In this document: positions 25,186 through 34,399 of the stretch, one piece after another
How positions within the stretch are numbered: position 1 is the first letter of the stretch
How the letters are laid out: each line of letters opens with the position of its first letter
Virus record (IMG/VR): IMGVR_UViG_3300032285_001110
Length of the DNA stretch: 64,000 nt
Strand: one strand, 5' to 3'
Source of the DNA: an uncultured virus (IMG/VR IMGVR_UViG_3300032285_001110)
Taxonomy: Duplodnaviria > Heunggongvirae > Uroviricota > Caudoviricetes
Position numbers and translations under genes: made by a program
Notes under the pieces: generated by a model
What the model was told of the DNA's origin: nothing
Database searches by the model: none
Seen by the model: only the letters and a program-made list of their open reading frames with translations

Positions 25186-26433
25186 TTAGCTCCAAGGACT
25201 ACGGCAGAACTTGCACTTGGCTTGAACTTCCTCGTCGTGGAAGCAACCAGTTTCCCAGTTCCAAGTAATCATAGATTCTACAGGACCGCAGTTACGAGCC
25301 TGTACAACTTTTAGATTGCGGAGCAGTTCGTCTTCTTCAACCTGCTCGAGACCTAGAATAACATCTGAGTCTTGAAAGAACGAGGACGAGTAACCGATAG
25401 AGTCAGCAGACACCTTGCCACCCTTCATCTTCCATAGAAGAGTCTGGGTAGTAATGATTACAGGAATGTTCAAACGCTGAGCCACACGCTTCAAGCCACG
25501 AGTAATGTTGGTCAATGCCTGAGGAGTGTTGGCTTCACCAGACACCTGGTCAAGCATTAGGTACACACCATCAATAAACAATACGTCTGGCTTTAGCTGT
25601 TCTGCCTTAGCTAGTAGAGCATCGATGGTCAAGCCATTTACCGCATCTACAAAGTGAAATGGGTGCTGGTCTTTTATGTCTTCTACAAAGTCTTCTAGAC
25701 GCTCTTCTTCTGCTACCTGAAGCTTTCCGAGACGAAGACGCTTTGCCGATACGTGAGTAGACATTGCGTAGTAACGCTGTAGCTGTTCGTGGTTGTTCAT
25801 CTCAAAGGACTGGAACATAGGCACCATTCCTGCTTGGTGAACATTTGCCGCAATACGCAATCCAATCTGAGACTTACCAGTCTTAGGTGGAGCAATCACG
25901 GTAATGAGCTGTCCGCCCTGCAAGCCAGCCGTTGCCTCGTCAATCTTTTCAAACCCAGTAGGTACACCCAAAAGCTTTTGAGTCTGGATGTTGCGGTACT
26001 CTTCGAGGAACTTGTCTGGGTCTTTAGTTACGTCAAGGTGGGTAGTACCGATTACGCCCTGTTCGTTGACCAGGGTGATGGTCTTGCTCATTTCAACTAG
26101 AGCAGCTTCGTGGTCGTTAGCACTGATGTCAGTGATTACGGCTTCGATACCTTGACGAGTCAACTTGCGTCGGTGGTAAGCAGTCATTACATCGAGGAGA
26201 TACTCGATGGTGTCTTCTACCTTAAGAACTTCAAAGTTTGGGAAGTTATCCATAACCGCAATAGCAGTAGGTACTTCACGGTATGCAGCGTAGTGCTCTC
26301 GAACAAACTTCCATACACGACGTAGGTCGTCGTCTACAATCCAGTCGTCCTTTACGCCACGCTCAATTACTGGAATGATGTTGCGGTCTGCAATAACTTT
26401 GCTTACTAAGCGGTATTCGTTATCGTGTGCCAT
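25186..26433 (-). CDS. dnaB: DnaB-like replicative helicase
   Basis: GVPTGF, Walker A APPKTGKS, SFEM, FIDG and QDSDVIL motifs. Confidence 0.92.
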   Translation of the reverse strand: MAHDNEYRLVSKVIADRNIIPVIERGVKDDWIVDDDLRRVWKFVREHYAAYREVPTAIAVMDNFPNFEVLKVEDTIEYLLDVMTAYHRRKLTRQGIEAVITDISANDHEAALVEMSKTITLVNEQGVIGTTHLDVTKDPDKFLEEYRNIQTQKLLGVPTGFEKIDEATAGLQGGQLITVIAPPKTGKSQIGLRIAANVHQAGMVPMFQSFEMNNHEQLQRYYAMSTHVSAKRLRLGKLQVAEEERLEDFVEDIKDQHPFHFVDAVNGLTIDALLAKAEQLKPDVLFIDGVYLMLDQVSGEANTPQALTNITRGLKRVAQRLNIPVIITTQTLLWKMKGGKVSADSIGYSSSFFQDSDVILGLEQVEEDELLRNLKVVQARNCGPVESMITWNWETGCFHDEEVQAKCKFCRSPWS

Positions 26434-26475
26434 TTTACTTATTCTCTCCTCCTGTAAAGAAATCTGTAAAAAACT

Positions 26476-26922
26476 TTACAGGTTCTCTATCTCAATTCCG
26501 TAAGAGCCGTACCTTGCGACTCTACTTCGGATGTCTACTACGCCTTGTAGGTTGTTTCTGTATGGAATGTCTTCTATGAACTCTTCGATATCCTCGTAAA
26601 GCTCTGCGTAGTTGAACGGGTTAGTTCCTCTACGCTCTAGCTTACCCATAAGATTATCCAAATCGTCTTGGGTCCAGTTGTCGCTAGCAAAAGCTGCTAG
26701 CTCAACTGAAAGCCCAAAACGGTCTGCCCTTAACCAAATTGCACTTAGAGCAGTTCGGTTAAGATTTAGAATCTTACGAGAAGTGGTGGTACTGAGGAAC
26801 TTCTTTTGAGTTTCAATATCTGACTCAGCTACCACATCGATGTTTACAATAATTCGACGTGGGCTTTCGTTGGAGATATCTCCGTTAATCAATTGCCTCA
26901 ACCTTAGCGTACTTGCGAACAA
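26476..26922 (-). CDS. Hypothetical alpha/beta protein
   Basis: 148-aa ORF; start uncertain. Confidence 0.7.
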   Translation of the reverse strand: MFASTLRLRQLINGDISNESPRRIIVNIDVVAESDIETQKKFLSTTTSRKILNLNRTALSAIWLRADRFGLSVELAAFASDNWTQDDLDNLMGKLERRGTNPFNYAELYEDIEEFIEDIPYRNNLQGVVDIRSRVARYGSYGIEIENL

Positions 26923-27193
26923 ACACCCTCCAGGCCTCTGGGTCCATCATGGCGTCAATAGCGTCTTCATCCGAAACGCTCTCTGGAATCTGTACGTTGT
27001 AGTTGCCGTCGTTCTCCGACATACGAATCTTTACAAACACGGTGTGCTTGCAACGTGCTGACTTGCTAAATGCTTCACAAGTACAGTTAGCTTTGCGGTT
27101 ATCGTGCGAAGCAATTGATACTTCAGAAACTCCATCTAGTCCGACAAACACCTGAACTAGTCTCCATTCAATGTCCATGCTCAAATCCTTCAT
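26885..27193 (-). CDS. SWIM-type zinc finger protein
   Basis: CTC...CKH (CxC-xn-CxH) motif. Confidence 0.75.
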   Translation of the reverse strand: MKDLSMDIEWRLVQVFVGLDGVSEVSIASHDNRKANCTCEAFSKSARCKHTVFVKIRMSENDGNYNVQIPESVSDEDAIDAMMDPEAWRVFVRKYAKVEAID

Positions 27194-27906
27194 AGCTGTC
27201 TTAGGTCCTCTCCAATGATACGCACTCTCTTGAATGCTTCGTAAGCGAAACTACCCATAGCTTCGCCGTATTGTGCACCCCACTTTTCGCGGGATACGTT
27301 GGTGGTGATAATTGTTGGTAATCCCTTATCATAACGACTTCTTAGAATCTCGTCAAACGAGGCATCGTTGAAGCCAGCACCCTTGTATTCCTTGCCAAGG
27401 TCATCAAGGATAAGGATACGGACGTTTAGGTAGTCTTCCTTGGCACGGCCATGGAACCCTTCCATCTCACGGTAGAGTTCCTTCTTAGTCTCTGGGTCAG
27501 CATCAATCATTGCCTTCTTGCGAGATAGGAACTCTGGGTAGGTCATGTAGTACACAGGGCGGAAATGCTGGTTAACATCCGAGGCATTTACTCCCAGGAT
27601 TCTGGCAATCTCATTGGTATCTTCTGGTAACCTGCGGATAATCTCCATGGCAGTAGTTACTGCGTGAGTAGTCTTTCCGAGACCTGGAGCACCATCAAAC
27701 AATAGGCCAACACCAGTGGTGCCGATTCCGCCAAGCTGCTTGATTACCTTGCCATCTAGTACCTTTTGAGTCCACCCCTCAATTGCTGGTGGAAATCCCT
27801 TAGTGATGTCTGAAGGCTCAAAGCCTAGAAATCGTCGTGGGATGTTGCTGCCTCGAAGTAGCCAGTGTCGCTTTAGCGACTCTAACTCTCCAATATCGTA
27901 AGTCAT
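27190..27906 (-). CDS. dnaC: DnaC/IstB-like AAA+ helicase loader
   Basis: IPRRF, GAPGLGKT, LILDDLGKE and RYDKGLPTIITTN motifs. Confidence 0.88.
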   Translation of the reverse strand: MTYDIGELESLKRHWLLRGSNIPRRFLGFEPSDITKGFPPAIEGWTQKVLDGKVIKQLGGIGTTGVGLLFDGAPGLGKTTHAVTTAMEIIRRLPEDTNEIARILGVNASDVNQHFRPVYYMTYPEFLSRKKAMIDADPETKKELYREMEGFHGRAKEDYLNVRILILDDLGKEYKGAGFNDASFDEILRSRYDKGLPTIITTNVSREKWGAQYGEAMGSFAYEAFKRVRIIGEDLRQL

Positions 27907-28427
27907 TAGTTTCCCTTCTTAATTGACTTTTCGTAATCGTCTCGTTCTAGACGACCTGACATCGAGTTATCAAATTCGGTGCCATCTGAAGCATAAACGA
28001 CCTCTACGCTGGAAGTCAAATCCATACCCAAATCCTGAGTTACATCCTGAATGTTGTTAGTGATTGCGTTCAAGAACATCTTGTGTGCGTCCTTTGGACG
28101 GTTACGCAAAGAGGTGATAGTTCTGTCGTCTGCAAAGAAACGTTCCATGGCCTCTAGTTCAATTACTGCAGTAACACCAAACCGCTTGCGGTTAGCTGCT
28201 AGAGCACCCCATAGAGCTTTGGTATTTACAATTCCTGGAACACCACGAATCTTTCCATAGACGATGGACGCAAACTCTGAAGCAACATCTGCAGGAGTCC
28301 ATTCTTCCTGTGGACGCTGGTGCCTAGTCTTAGGGTCCCTCTTGCTTATCTTCTTGGTTGTACTTGGCTCTAGGGAAAAGTCACCAAGGATGAATCCCTC
28401 ATTTTCTGAAGCCCATTTATTAACCAT
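27906..28427 (-). CDS. Hypothetical protein, possibly the C-terminal part of a replication initiator
   Basis: 173-aa ORF with SD GGAGG, lying between the HTH gene and dnaC. Confidence 0.7.
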   Translation of the reverse strand: MVNKWASENEGFILGDFSLEPSTTKKISKRDPKTRHQRPQEEWTPADVASEFASIVYGKIRGVPGIVNTKALWGALAANRKRFGVTAVIELEAMERFFADDRTITSLRNRPKDAHKMFLNAITNNIQDVTQDLGMDLTSSVEVVYASDGTEFDNSMSGRLERDDYEKSIKKGN

Positions 28428-28455
28428 ATTTTCCTCCCTGAAGGCGTCAGCCTTC

Positions 28456-28486
28456 TAATTAATAAATACGTAGTATTTATTAATTA
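28456..28486. repeat. AT-rich 14-bp perfect inverted repeat (candidate origin/operator)
   Basis: TAATTAATAAATAC-GTA-GTATTTATTAATTA, next to a GAAGGC-GTCA-GCCTTC hairpin. Confidence 0.8.
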
Positions 28487-28534
28487 CTAATGTACAAGTG
28501 ATACTTATGTAACTTATATATACGCTGTTGATGT

Positions 28535-28759
28535 TCACTTTAAAACAGTGTAACGGTTCTTGTGCAACTTGCCCAAATTCCTTTTGGTTCTAGTTACAGA
28601 AATATACCCTAATGCTGAAAGATGTGCAACAGCCTTAGATATTGAGGTACGACCATACCCAGTTTTATCTTGTAGCTCTATCATGGGTATGCGGGATTCA
28701 CCCCACCTGTCACGTGAAGCTTTTATGGCTTCGTACACAGTGGTTTGTAGTTGATTCAT
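28535..28759 (-). CDS. Winged-HTH protein (replication-initiator N-terminal type)
   Basis: ELQDKTGYGRTSISKAVAHLSALGYISVTR...NRY. Confidence 0.7.
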   Translation of the reverse strand: MNQLQTTVYEAIKASRDRWGESRIPMIELQDKTGYGRTSISKAVAHLSALGYISVTRTKRNLGKLHKNRYTVLK

Positions 28760-29002
28760 TTAACGCCTTCTTATTACCTGAGGCTTTGAGGTTACACCAT
28801 TTACCAAAATAATCCAAACGGTGGATAAAAATGCTGTGGCAAAGATGATTGGGATTAGGAACCAGGTGGCAGGGTAGAAAATGCAAGTAGAGGTTGCACC
28901 CAAGAAAATGATGGCGTGCTTAACCCAACCGCCTGCTCGACTGAGCTCTACCCAGTAAGAGATAGCAAAACTACTAATGAGAATTAAAAAGAAAGTATTC
29001 AT
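28760..29002 (-). CDS. Small membrane protein
   Basis: 80 aa with about three hydrophobic segments and a basic C-terminus. Confidence 0.7.
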   Translation of the reverse strand: MNTFFLILISSFAISYWVELSRAGGWVKHAIIFLGATSTCIFYPATWFLIPIIFATAFLSTVWIILVNGVTSKPQVIRRR

Positions 29003-29011
29003 GCCTCTATC

Positions 29012-31351
29012 TTACGACGAGAACCCAGAATACTCCAATGTCTTACTTGTAGTTGGTCCTGTTGTAACCATAAAATGAGTGTTTAAAGGAAGCTGGCTTG
29101 GTAGGTTGGATACTAAACGAGCCACACGTATTGACTTATTTCGATACAGAATACTGGTTGAAGCATTAGCTGTCCCTGTCCAAGAAGCACCTCGAGTGGT
29201 TAAGCTTCCATCCATATAGTCAGTAGCCACATACCCAGATTCTAGTTGAGCAGCATCCAGCTGAATAGTTGCAGAGCTAGAAGTTCCATACAATTTTGCA
29301 GTCACGGTGGTGTTTGCTTGAGTGTAATTATTTGGAATGTAAACGTTTACTTGGAATCTTGTCCAGGTAGTTGTCAAAGCAATAGGGACAGAATGAACTA
29401 CTGTTCCACCACCAGTGTTAGTGTCTGTGGCCTCAAGTCTCAAGTTCATGGTTCCTAGAGTTCCTGAAGTAATCTGAGCATATACAGAGAACGTTACAAA
29501 CTGACCACCAGCAAAAGCCCCTGTAGCAGCAGAAGTAGAAAGTAGTGGAGAACTTGTAGTAGTAACTGTGGCCCCAGTAACTAGCTGCAACATCTTAGTT
29601 CCAGCAGAAATACTAGTAAGAGTAGATGTAGGGGTGGTAACTGTTGGGCTTCCACCAGTTGTCCAACCCGTAGTGTTAGTTTCAAATGATGGGTTAGTCA
29701 ACCAGTTAGTTTTACTAGGAGTTAAGTAAACTTCTACACCACGAGCAGGGTAATAGGTTGTGTACCTAGAATCAGCAGTGCTAGCGAATTGCATTAGGTC
29801 TAGGTAATATGTTCCATTAGCACTAAATGCTAAAGATAAACTTGCGTATACGGCTTTAGGAGGAGAAACAGTTACTCCAGTGACAGTAGTAGACGCTAGA
29901 GTACCGTATCCAGCAAATGCATATTGAACAGTGGTAGATGTAACAGCAGTAACGGTAAACTTACCATTAATAGATACTGTAGGCTTTGTTACTGTGCTGG
30001 TTGTTGTAGACGTTGCTCCAACAACAAGAATACTATTTCCTGATGTAAACCCATGTCCTACAGGCACCACCAAAGTAACTGTGTTAGCTAAAGTAACACC
30101 GATGTCATAAGAAGTTACCGAAACACTAGTTCCTGGGGCTACAAGTCCCGTTTGAGTTTTCTTTGTCCAAGTAGATGTAGTAGCTGTAGCGGTTCCAGTT
30201 ACGGTGCTCATTACAGTTCCTGCAAAATCGTAAAAAGTAACCGTAGGAGTAATTGTTCCAGTTGCACTTGGGGAATATGCGTAGTAACTGAAAGCATAAG
30301 TAGTTCCTGCAGTAATTGGAATTCCTTTAAGCTTAAAATTATCTACACCATTAGTAATGGCGGCACCAGGGACAGTTACTACTACTTTTCCTGCGTATGA
30401 AGTATCTGTTGCGTACGCTTCTAAAGAAGAATTAGGAACAGTAGAAAGAATTGTATTGTCTGCAGTTAGAGCCGCTCCATATCCTGCAACCCAATTTCCT
30501 GTGGATTTGTAAAAACTGCTGTCTTGATTAGATAGCATAATATTTGGGCTATCAGACAATACTGGATAGTAATTAGTAATACTTACTGCGTAGTCGTAGA
30601 CTCCGAGAGTAGTTCCTTTAATTGGGTAAATACGCAAAGCTTCTTTTATTAACCGCTTTTGACGCTGCATTCCCAACTGGGTTTCATCGGGAACGCCCCA
30701 TTGCTGACTTTGAAAACCTACAAAATTTGGATTAGTAGTTGTTCCATCAGAATTAGGTACTACTAAATCTGCGTAAGTAAGAATCTCATCAAGAGTAATT
30801 GAAATTCCACCAAGAAATTGGTACAAATCCGAAGTAGTGTCTACCTCATCCATGTAGCTTTGTCCTGAGGTGGTGTACACCTTTGGCAATAATTCTGTTA
30901 ATTTTCCTTGAGCACTTTGCAAAACAATGTGCTTCTTAGTAACTGGGTCTAGTTCTGGAGAGACAGTATTGTGTTCTGTAGGAATTAATGCATAGACATA
31001 GCCAATTGCAGTCCAAGTAAAATCAGAAAGCATTACCCAGTATGTGTAATAAACATACTTTCCCTGGAATAGAGGCAATGTTCCCTGTAACGCAGAAGAA
31101 TCAGTGTAAGAAGGAGCATTGTACGAAGGTACAGGGAGAATGTAGCCATCTTCTTCAGTTTCAGAAAATCCAAATTGATTTCGTACAATACGAAAATCTT
31201 TAATGTCACCAGATGGTGCTGTCCACATTAAAAGAACTGAATCGTAATCTAATACGGTTGCTGTAAATGGGTCAATATTATAGGAACTTTTACCAAATAC
31301 ACCACCATAAGTAATACCTGTGGCGTAATTAAACTGATTGTAAATGCCCAT
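29012..31351 (-). CDS. Baseplate wedge/tail protein with carbohydrate-binding-module-like domains
   Basis: LLPKVY...IYPIKGT (tail protein I/gp7-like); NWLTNPSFETNTTGW and YMDGS in C-terminal beta domains. Confidence 0.7.
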   Translation of the reverse strand: MGIYNQFNYATGITYGGVFGKSSYNIDPFTATVLDYDSVLLMWTAPSGDIKDFRIVRNQFGFSETEEDGYILPVPSYNAPSYTDSSALQGTLPLFQGKYVYYTYWVMLSDFTWTAIGYVYALIPTEHNTVSPELDPVTKKHIVLQSAQGKLTELLPKVYTTSGQSYMDEVDTTSDLYQFLGGISITLDEILTYADLVVPNSDGTTTNPNFVGFQSQQWGVPDETQLGMQRQKRLIKEALRIYPIKGTTLGVYDYAVSITNYYPVLSDSPNIMLSNQDSSFYKSTGNWVAGYGAALTADNTILSTVPNSSLEAYATDTSYAGKVVVTVPGAAITNGVDNFKLKGIPITAGTTYAFSYYAYSPSATGTITPTVTFYDFAGTVMSTVTGTATATTSTWTKKTQTGLVAPGTSVSVTSYDIGVTLANTVTLVVPVGHGFTSGNSILVVGATSTTTSTVTKPTVSINGKFTVTAVTSTTVQYAFAGYGTLASTTVTGVTVSPPKAVYASLSLAFSANGTYYLDLMQFASTADSRYTTYYPARGVEVYLTPSKTNWLTNPSFETNTTGWTTGGSPTVTTPTSTLTSISAGTKMLQLVTGATVTTTSSPLLSTSAATGAFAGGQFVTFSVYAQITSGTLGTMNLRLEATDTNTGGGTVVHSVPIALTTTWTRFQVNVYIPNNYTQANTTVTAKLYGTSSSATIQLDAAQLESGYVATDYMDGSLTTRGASWTGTANASTSILYRNKSIRVARLVSNLPSQLPLNTHFMVTTGPTTSKTLEYSGFSS

Positions 31352-31776
31352 TAAGCAGTGCCACCATCAATAGTTAAGATATAAGCATTTGGCCCAATAG
31401 CAAGATTTAGGTTATTACTAGAGTCACGTGCCTCTAATAGATTGGCACTAGCTGAGGCGGCTGCTTGCAATCCTAAGCCCAAAGTAGCTGCTGTTGGAGC
31501 AATAGTGGCCCCACCTGTAGTAGGAACACGGTTAGTGTATGCAGTGTTTAGTCCTGCTTCTACGTTAGAGATTCGAGCAGCCACAGTAGCTGGGGATACG
31601 GATGTAGAATACGAACCACCAAAACCTGTAGTAGTAGGAGAAACTCCCAGTACGGTTTCAAGTGCGACAATCTCAGCGTAAGAAGCATTAACGTCGGCAG
31701 CAACGACTACGTCAGTTCCGTCAATTCGGTCAGTTCCAAAAGATTTGATACCAGATGGGTAAGATGCTGTAGACAT
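31351..31776 (-). CDS. Small virion structural / fibre-associated protein
   Basis: DVNASYAEIVALETVLG segment, C-terminal IDGGTA; SD AGGAG. Confidence 0.65.
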   Translation of the reverse strand: MSTASYPSGIKSFGTDRIDGTDVVVAADVNASYAEIVALETVLGVSPTTTGFGGSYSTSVSPATVAARISNVEAGLNTAYTNRVPTTGGATIAPTAATLGLGLQAAASASANLLEARDSSNNLNLAIGPNAYILTIDGGTA

Positions 31777-31796
31777 TTGTCTCCTAAGGGTCTATA

Positions 31797-31827
31797 CTAT
31801 TTTCCTACAAATAGGTGAGTTTGACTG
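31797..31827 (-). promoter_or_regulatory. Putative late promoter motif, copy 1
   Basis: CAGTCAAACTCACCTATTTGTAGGAAAATAG; same 31-nt architecture as 48652-48682 and 63052-63082. Confidence 0.55.
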
Positions 31828-31828
31828 C

Positions 31829-32128
31829 CTAACTTATTACGCCGCAGTCAATGATATCTGAAATTCCTGTGGTACCAAAAAATCCCACACACACTGGAAA
31901 TGAGGGGTCTCCACCTTCGAATTGAATCCAAGCACCCTGATTCACTACAGGAGTTTTTGTTCCTACACTTGTGCTAGTTTGAACCCAAATCCAACCAGTA
32001 ACTTGGTCATCAAGTACTTGAGGAACAAGAACTTGAATTCTTCCCAATCCCTGGGGGTCAGCAGTACTTTGGATTACACCTCTGTATAACCCAAAGTACC
32101 TCCTATTACCAAACTCGTCTTTTATCAC
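31829..32128 (-). CDS. Baseplate spike gp5/Vgr OB-fold domain protein
   Basis: YRGVI...DPQGLGRIQVLVP...WIQFEGGDPSFPV. Confidence 0.85.
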   Translation of the reverse strand: MIKDEFGNRRYFGLYRGVIQSTADPQGLGRIQVLVPQVLDDQVTGWIWVQTSTSVGTKTPVVNQGAWIQFEGGDPSFPVCVGFFGTTGISDIIDCGVIS

Positions 32129-33981
32129 TTAGTCACCCTAATTGTGTAGGTGTTCGATACGGTGAGGTCGGTAGAAGTCACCACCACAGTAATTGTAGAC
32201 ATTCCAGTAGGTATAGTAATTGAAGCACTAGCCACACCTGAGGCAGTAGTTACACCGTTAATTGTTATTGTTCCAGTAACATCAGTAGGCAACGTGGCAG
32301 TCACAGTAGCTGTACTAGACGAGGTAGTTACTGCGTAAGTAAAGGTACCTGAAGTAAAGGTTGGGCTTAGAGTACCTGCAGTAGTAGACAATCCAACCAA
32401 ACCAGCATTTGGATAAGCAGTAGTCATATCATCACGGAAAACAAACAACTCGCCATTAGCTGGAGTTAGCACATTGCGAGCTACGGTAGAACCACGGTAA
32501 AGGTGGATTACTTTAATTGACAAAATTCCTGGAATAGTTGCCAAGTATGCTTCAATTTGTTCTGGGTAAATAACCTGGTCAAAGTTTAGGCTGGTGTACC
32601 CAAGTCCATAAACAATACCGTATTTAATTGCAGATTGAATTTGAGCATCAGTATAGGTGCTGTTTTTGGTGTATTGCACGTCTATATGAATTGGTACGTA
32701 GACAGGTGGAAGAACAGTAACTGTAGTGCCAATTTGAAGTTTATTAGAAAAAAAGCTAGTAATTGAAGACTGCAAAGAATACCAAGCACTAGTAATAGTA
32801 GTATTTGTTGAATCCATACCTGGATAATAATCAGAGTTAACATCGGTTATTACAGGGCCCGCATAAACTGCAATAGATGTAGGCGTACTGGCATAAGCTG
32901 CTGCCTTACCTACACCTGAAACCGTAATTGCAAGATTTTTAAAATCAGCCAGAGTAACAGCCCGTTGCAAAGTAGTCAATGCAGCTGGAGCGTTAATACG
33001 AATACTGTCATTGCTTTCTGGGTCTTCACCACCATAAGACTGGTCTTGCTGGGTAACAGTAATTACTGAAAAGCTACTCTTTGTAAGAATGCTGCTAGCA
33101 GGAATATTGTTTACATAAAAAACATATGAATTAGCTGCAAGGTTGCCTACTAATCCTCCACCTACAATGTACTGGGCTTTAATCAGTGAGCCATACGCAG
33201 GAACAGCACCTGTTGCTCCATCACCAAATTTAATGTATATGTTGTTATTAGCATCACTAGTTAGGGTGTATACAGCGTCTGTTGGTCCGTAATCGGATAG
33301 ATGAGCAACCTGCGTCCAAGGAATAAAATAATCACCATTTTGCACATAAATAGCCACAGAACCATCAGCAACTTGGGTACTTCCTAAAACCATGGTTTGG
33401 TTAGTTAGACCATTAGAAGTTCCAATTAATTCACCCGCAATATCATTACCGCCCGCAGATGGGTACGTGTAAGAAATATTAGACCCGTGTACTAAATAGC
33501 CTTTAATACCACTTGGGGCAGTAGTAACAGCTGGCACAGTAATGTCATACTGCAGAGTGTATGGTAGCTGTACCACAGTCTGTGTTGCAGCATTAATTGT
33601 TGTAATTTGAGTAACAAACTCTGTTCCTGCAGGAATAACAAAATCAGACCCACTACTATTCTTAAACGTCACAGGAACAGTGGCCTGCCTGTATCCCGAA
33701 GGTATATACCCATAACTTGCGGCAATGTTAAGAATGCTCTGTCGTTGAGTTGCTGTAGCTAAAAGCGTTTCGTTGGCTACACGGTCAATGTAGTAATTTG
33801 TAATATCTCCAATGTAAGCAAAAGCTTCTGCCATTACTACACCAAAATCACCTGGGTCAGTAGCATTCCAGGTTTTTCCATTATTTGCCAAACGTGTCTG
33901 AATACGAGTAATTAGGTCTGCTCGTAGTGCGTAGTAATCACGGTTAGTATAGTCAATTGACATAGGGGTATTATTGGCCAT
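32125..33981 (-). CDS. Baseplate J/gp6-like wedge protein with a C-terminal cadherin-like beta-sandwich
   Basis: DYTNRDY, DFGVV..EAFAY.GD...YYIDR.ANE, IKFGDG and RAVTLADF motifs. Confidence 0.88.
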   Translation of the reverse strand: MANNTPMSIDYTNRDYYALRADLITRIQTRLANNGKTWNATDPGDFGVVMAEAFAYIGDITNYYIDRVANETLLATATQRQSILNIAASYGYIPSGYRQATVPVTFKNSSGSDFVIPAGTEFVTQITTINAATQTVVQLPYTLQYDITVPAVTTAPSGIKGYLVHGSNISYTYPSAGGNDIAGELIGTSNGLTNQTMVLGSTQVADGSVAIYVQNGDYFIPWTQVAHLSDYGPTDAVYTLTSDANNNIYIKFGDGATGAVPAYGSLIKAQYIVGGGLVGNLAANSYVFYVNNIPASSILTKSSFSVITVTQQDQSYGGEDPESNDSIRINAPAALTTLQRAVTLADFKNLAITVSGVGKAAAYASTPTSIAVYAGPVITDVNSDYYPGMDSTNTTITSAWYSLQSSITSFFSNKLQIGTTVTVLPPVYVPIHIDVQYTKNSTYTDAQIQSAIKYGIVYGLGYTSLNFDQVIYPEQIEAYLATIPGILSIKVIHLYRGSTVARNVLTPANGELFVFRDDMTTAYPNAGLVGLSTTAGTLSPTFTSGTFTYAVTTSSSTATVTATLPTDVTGTITINGVTTASGVASASITIPTGMSTITVVVTSTDLTVSNTYTIRVTK

Positions 33982-34397
33982 TACATATCCTCAGTATTTA
34001 AAAAATTACCATTAAGTGTTAGGTTGCCGATAACTACGGAATCAACAACATCATTTGGAAGTTGGTAAATTACTTCCACGATTAGTGAGCCTGTTTCTGA
34101 TACAAATGTTGTGTTTATAGTCGATAACGTAAGCAGGGGCAAAAAAACTAAAAATACACGTGAAATTTCAGAACGCACGGCTTCAGTTGCTGCAGTTTGG
34201 TTGTTATACATCTGTTTATAGACGTTACTACCATAAGTAAAATTAAGAACTCTTTCTCCAATAGCAGTACCCACCGCAGATAAAACTCTATCTTGCCAAA
34301 TTTTTGATTGGTCTGTAGTTCCGTTTACTTTTCCATCAATACCTACAGTAAATGGAAGAGAAACTGCAAACTCTTCAATGTGTTGTTTTGACGCCAT
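33981..34397 (-). CDS. gp25/GPW-like baseplate protein
   Basis: SLPF...GTAIGERV...YGS motif. Start placed at MASKQ. Confidence 0.8.
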   Translation of the reverse strand: MASKQHIEEFAVSLPFTVGIDGKVNGTTDQSKIWQDRVLSAVGTAIGERVLNFTYGSNVYKQMYNNQTAATEAVRSEISRVFLVFLPLLTLSTINTTFVSETGSLIVEVIYQLPNDVVDSVVIGNLTLNGNFLNTEDM

Positions 34398-34399
34398 AG

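Noticed and set aside
28538..28544. -1 slippery heptamer T TTA AAG just before the stop of the wHTH gene
   Set aside because: The -1 frame stops at TAG 28455-28457 and does not join the 173-aa gene; stop read-through also terminates within a few codons.
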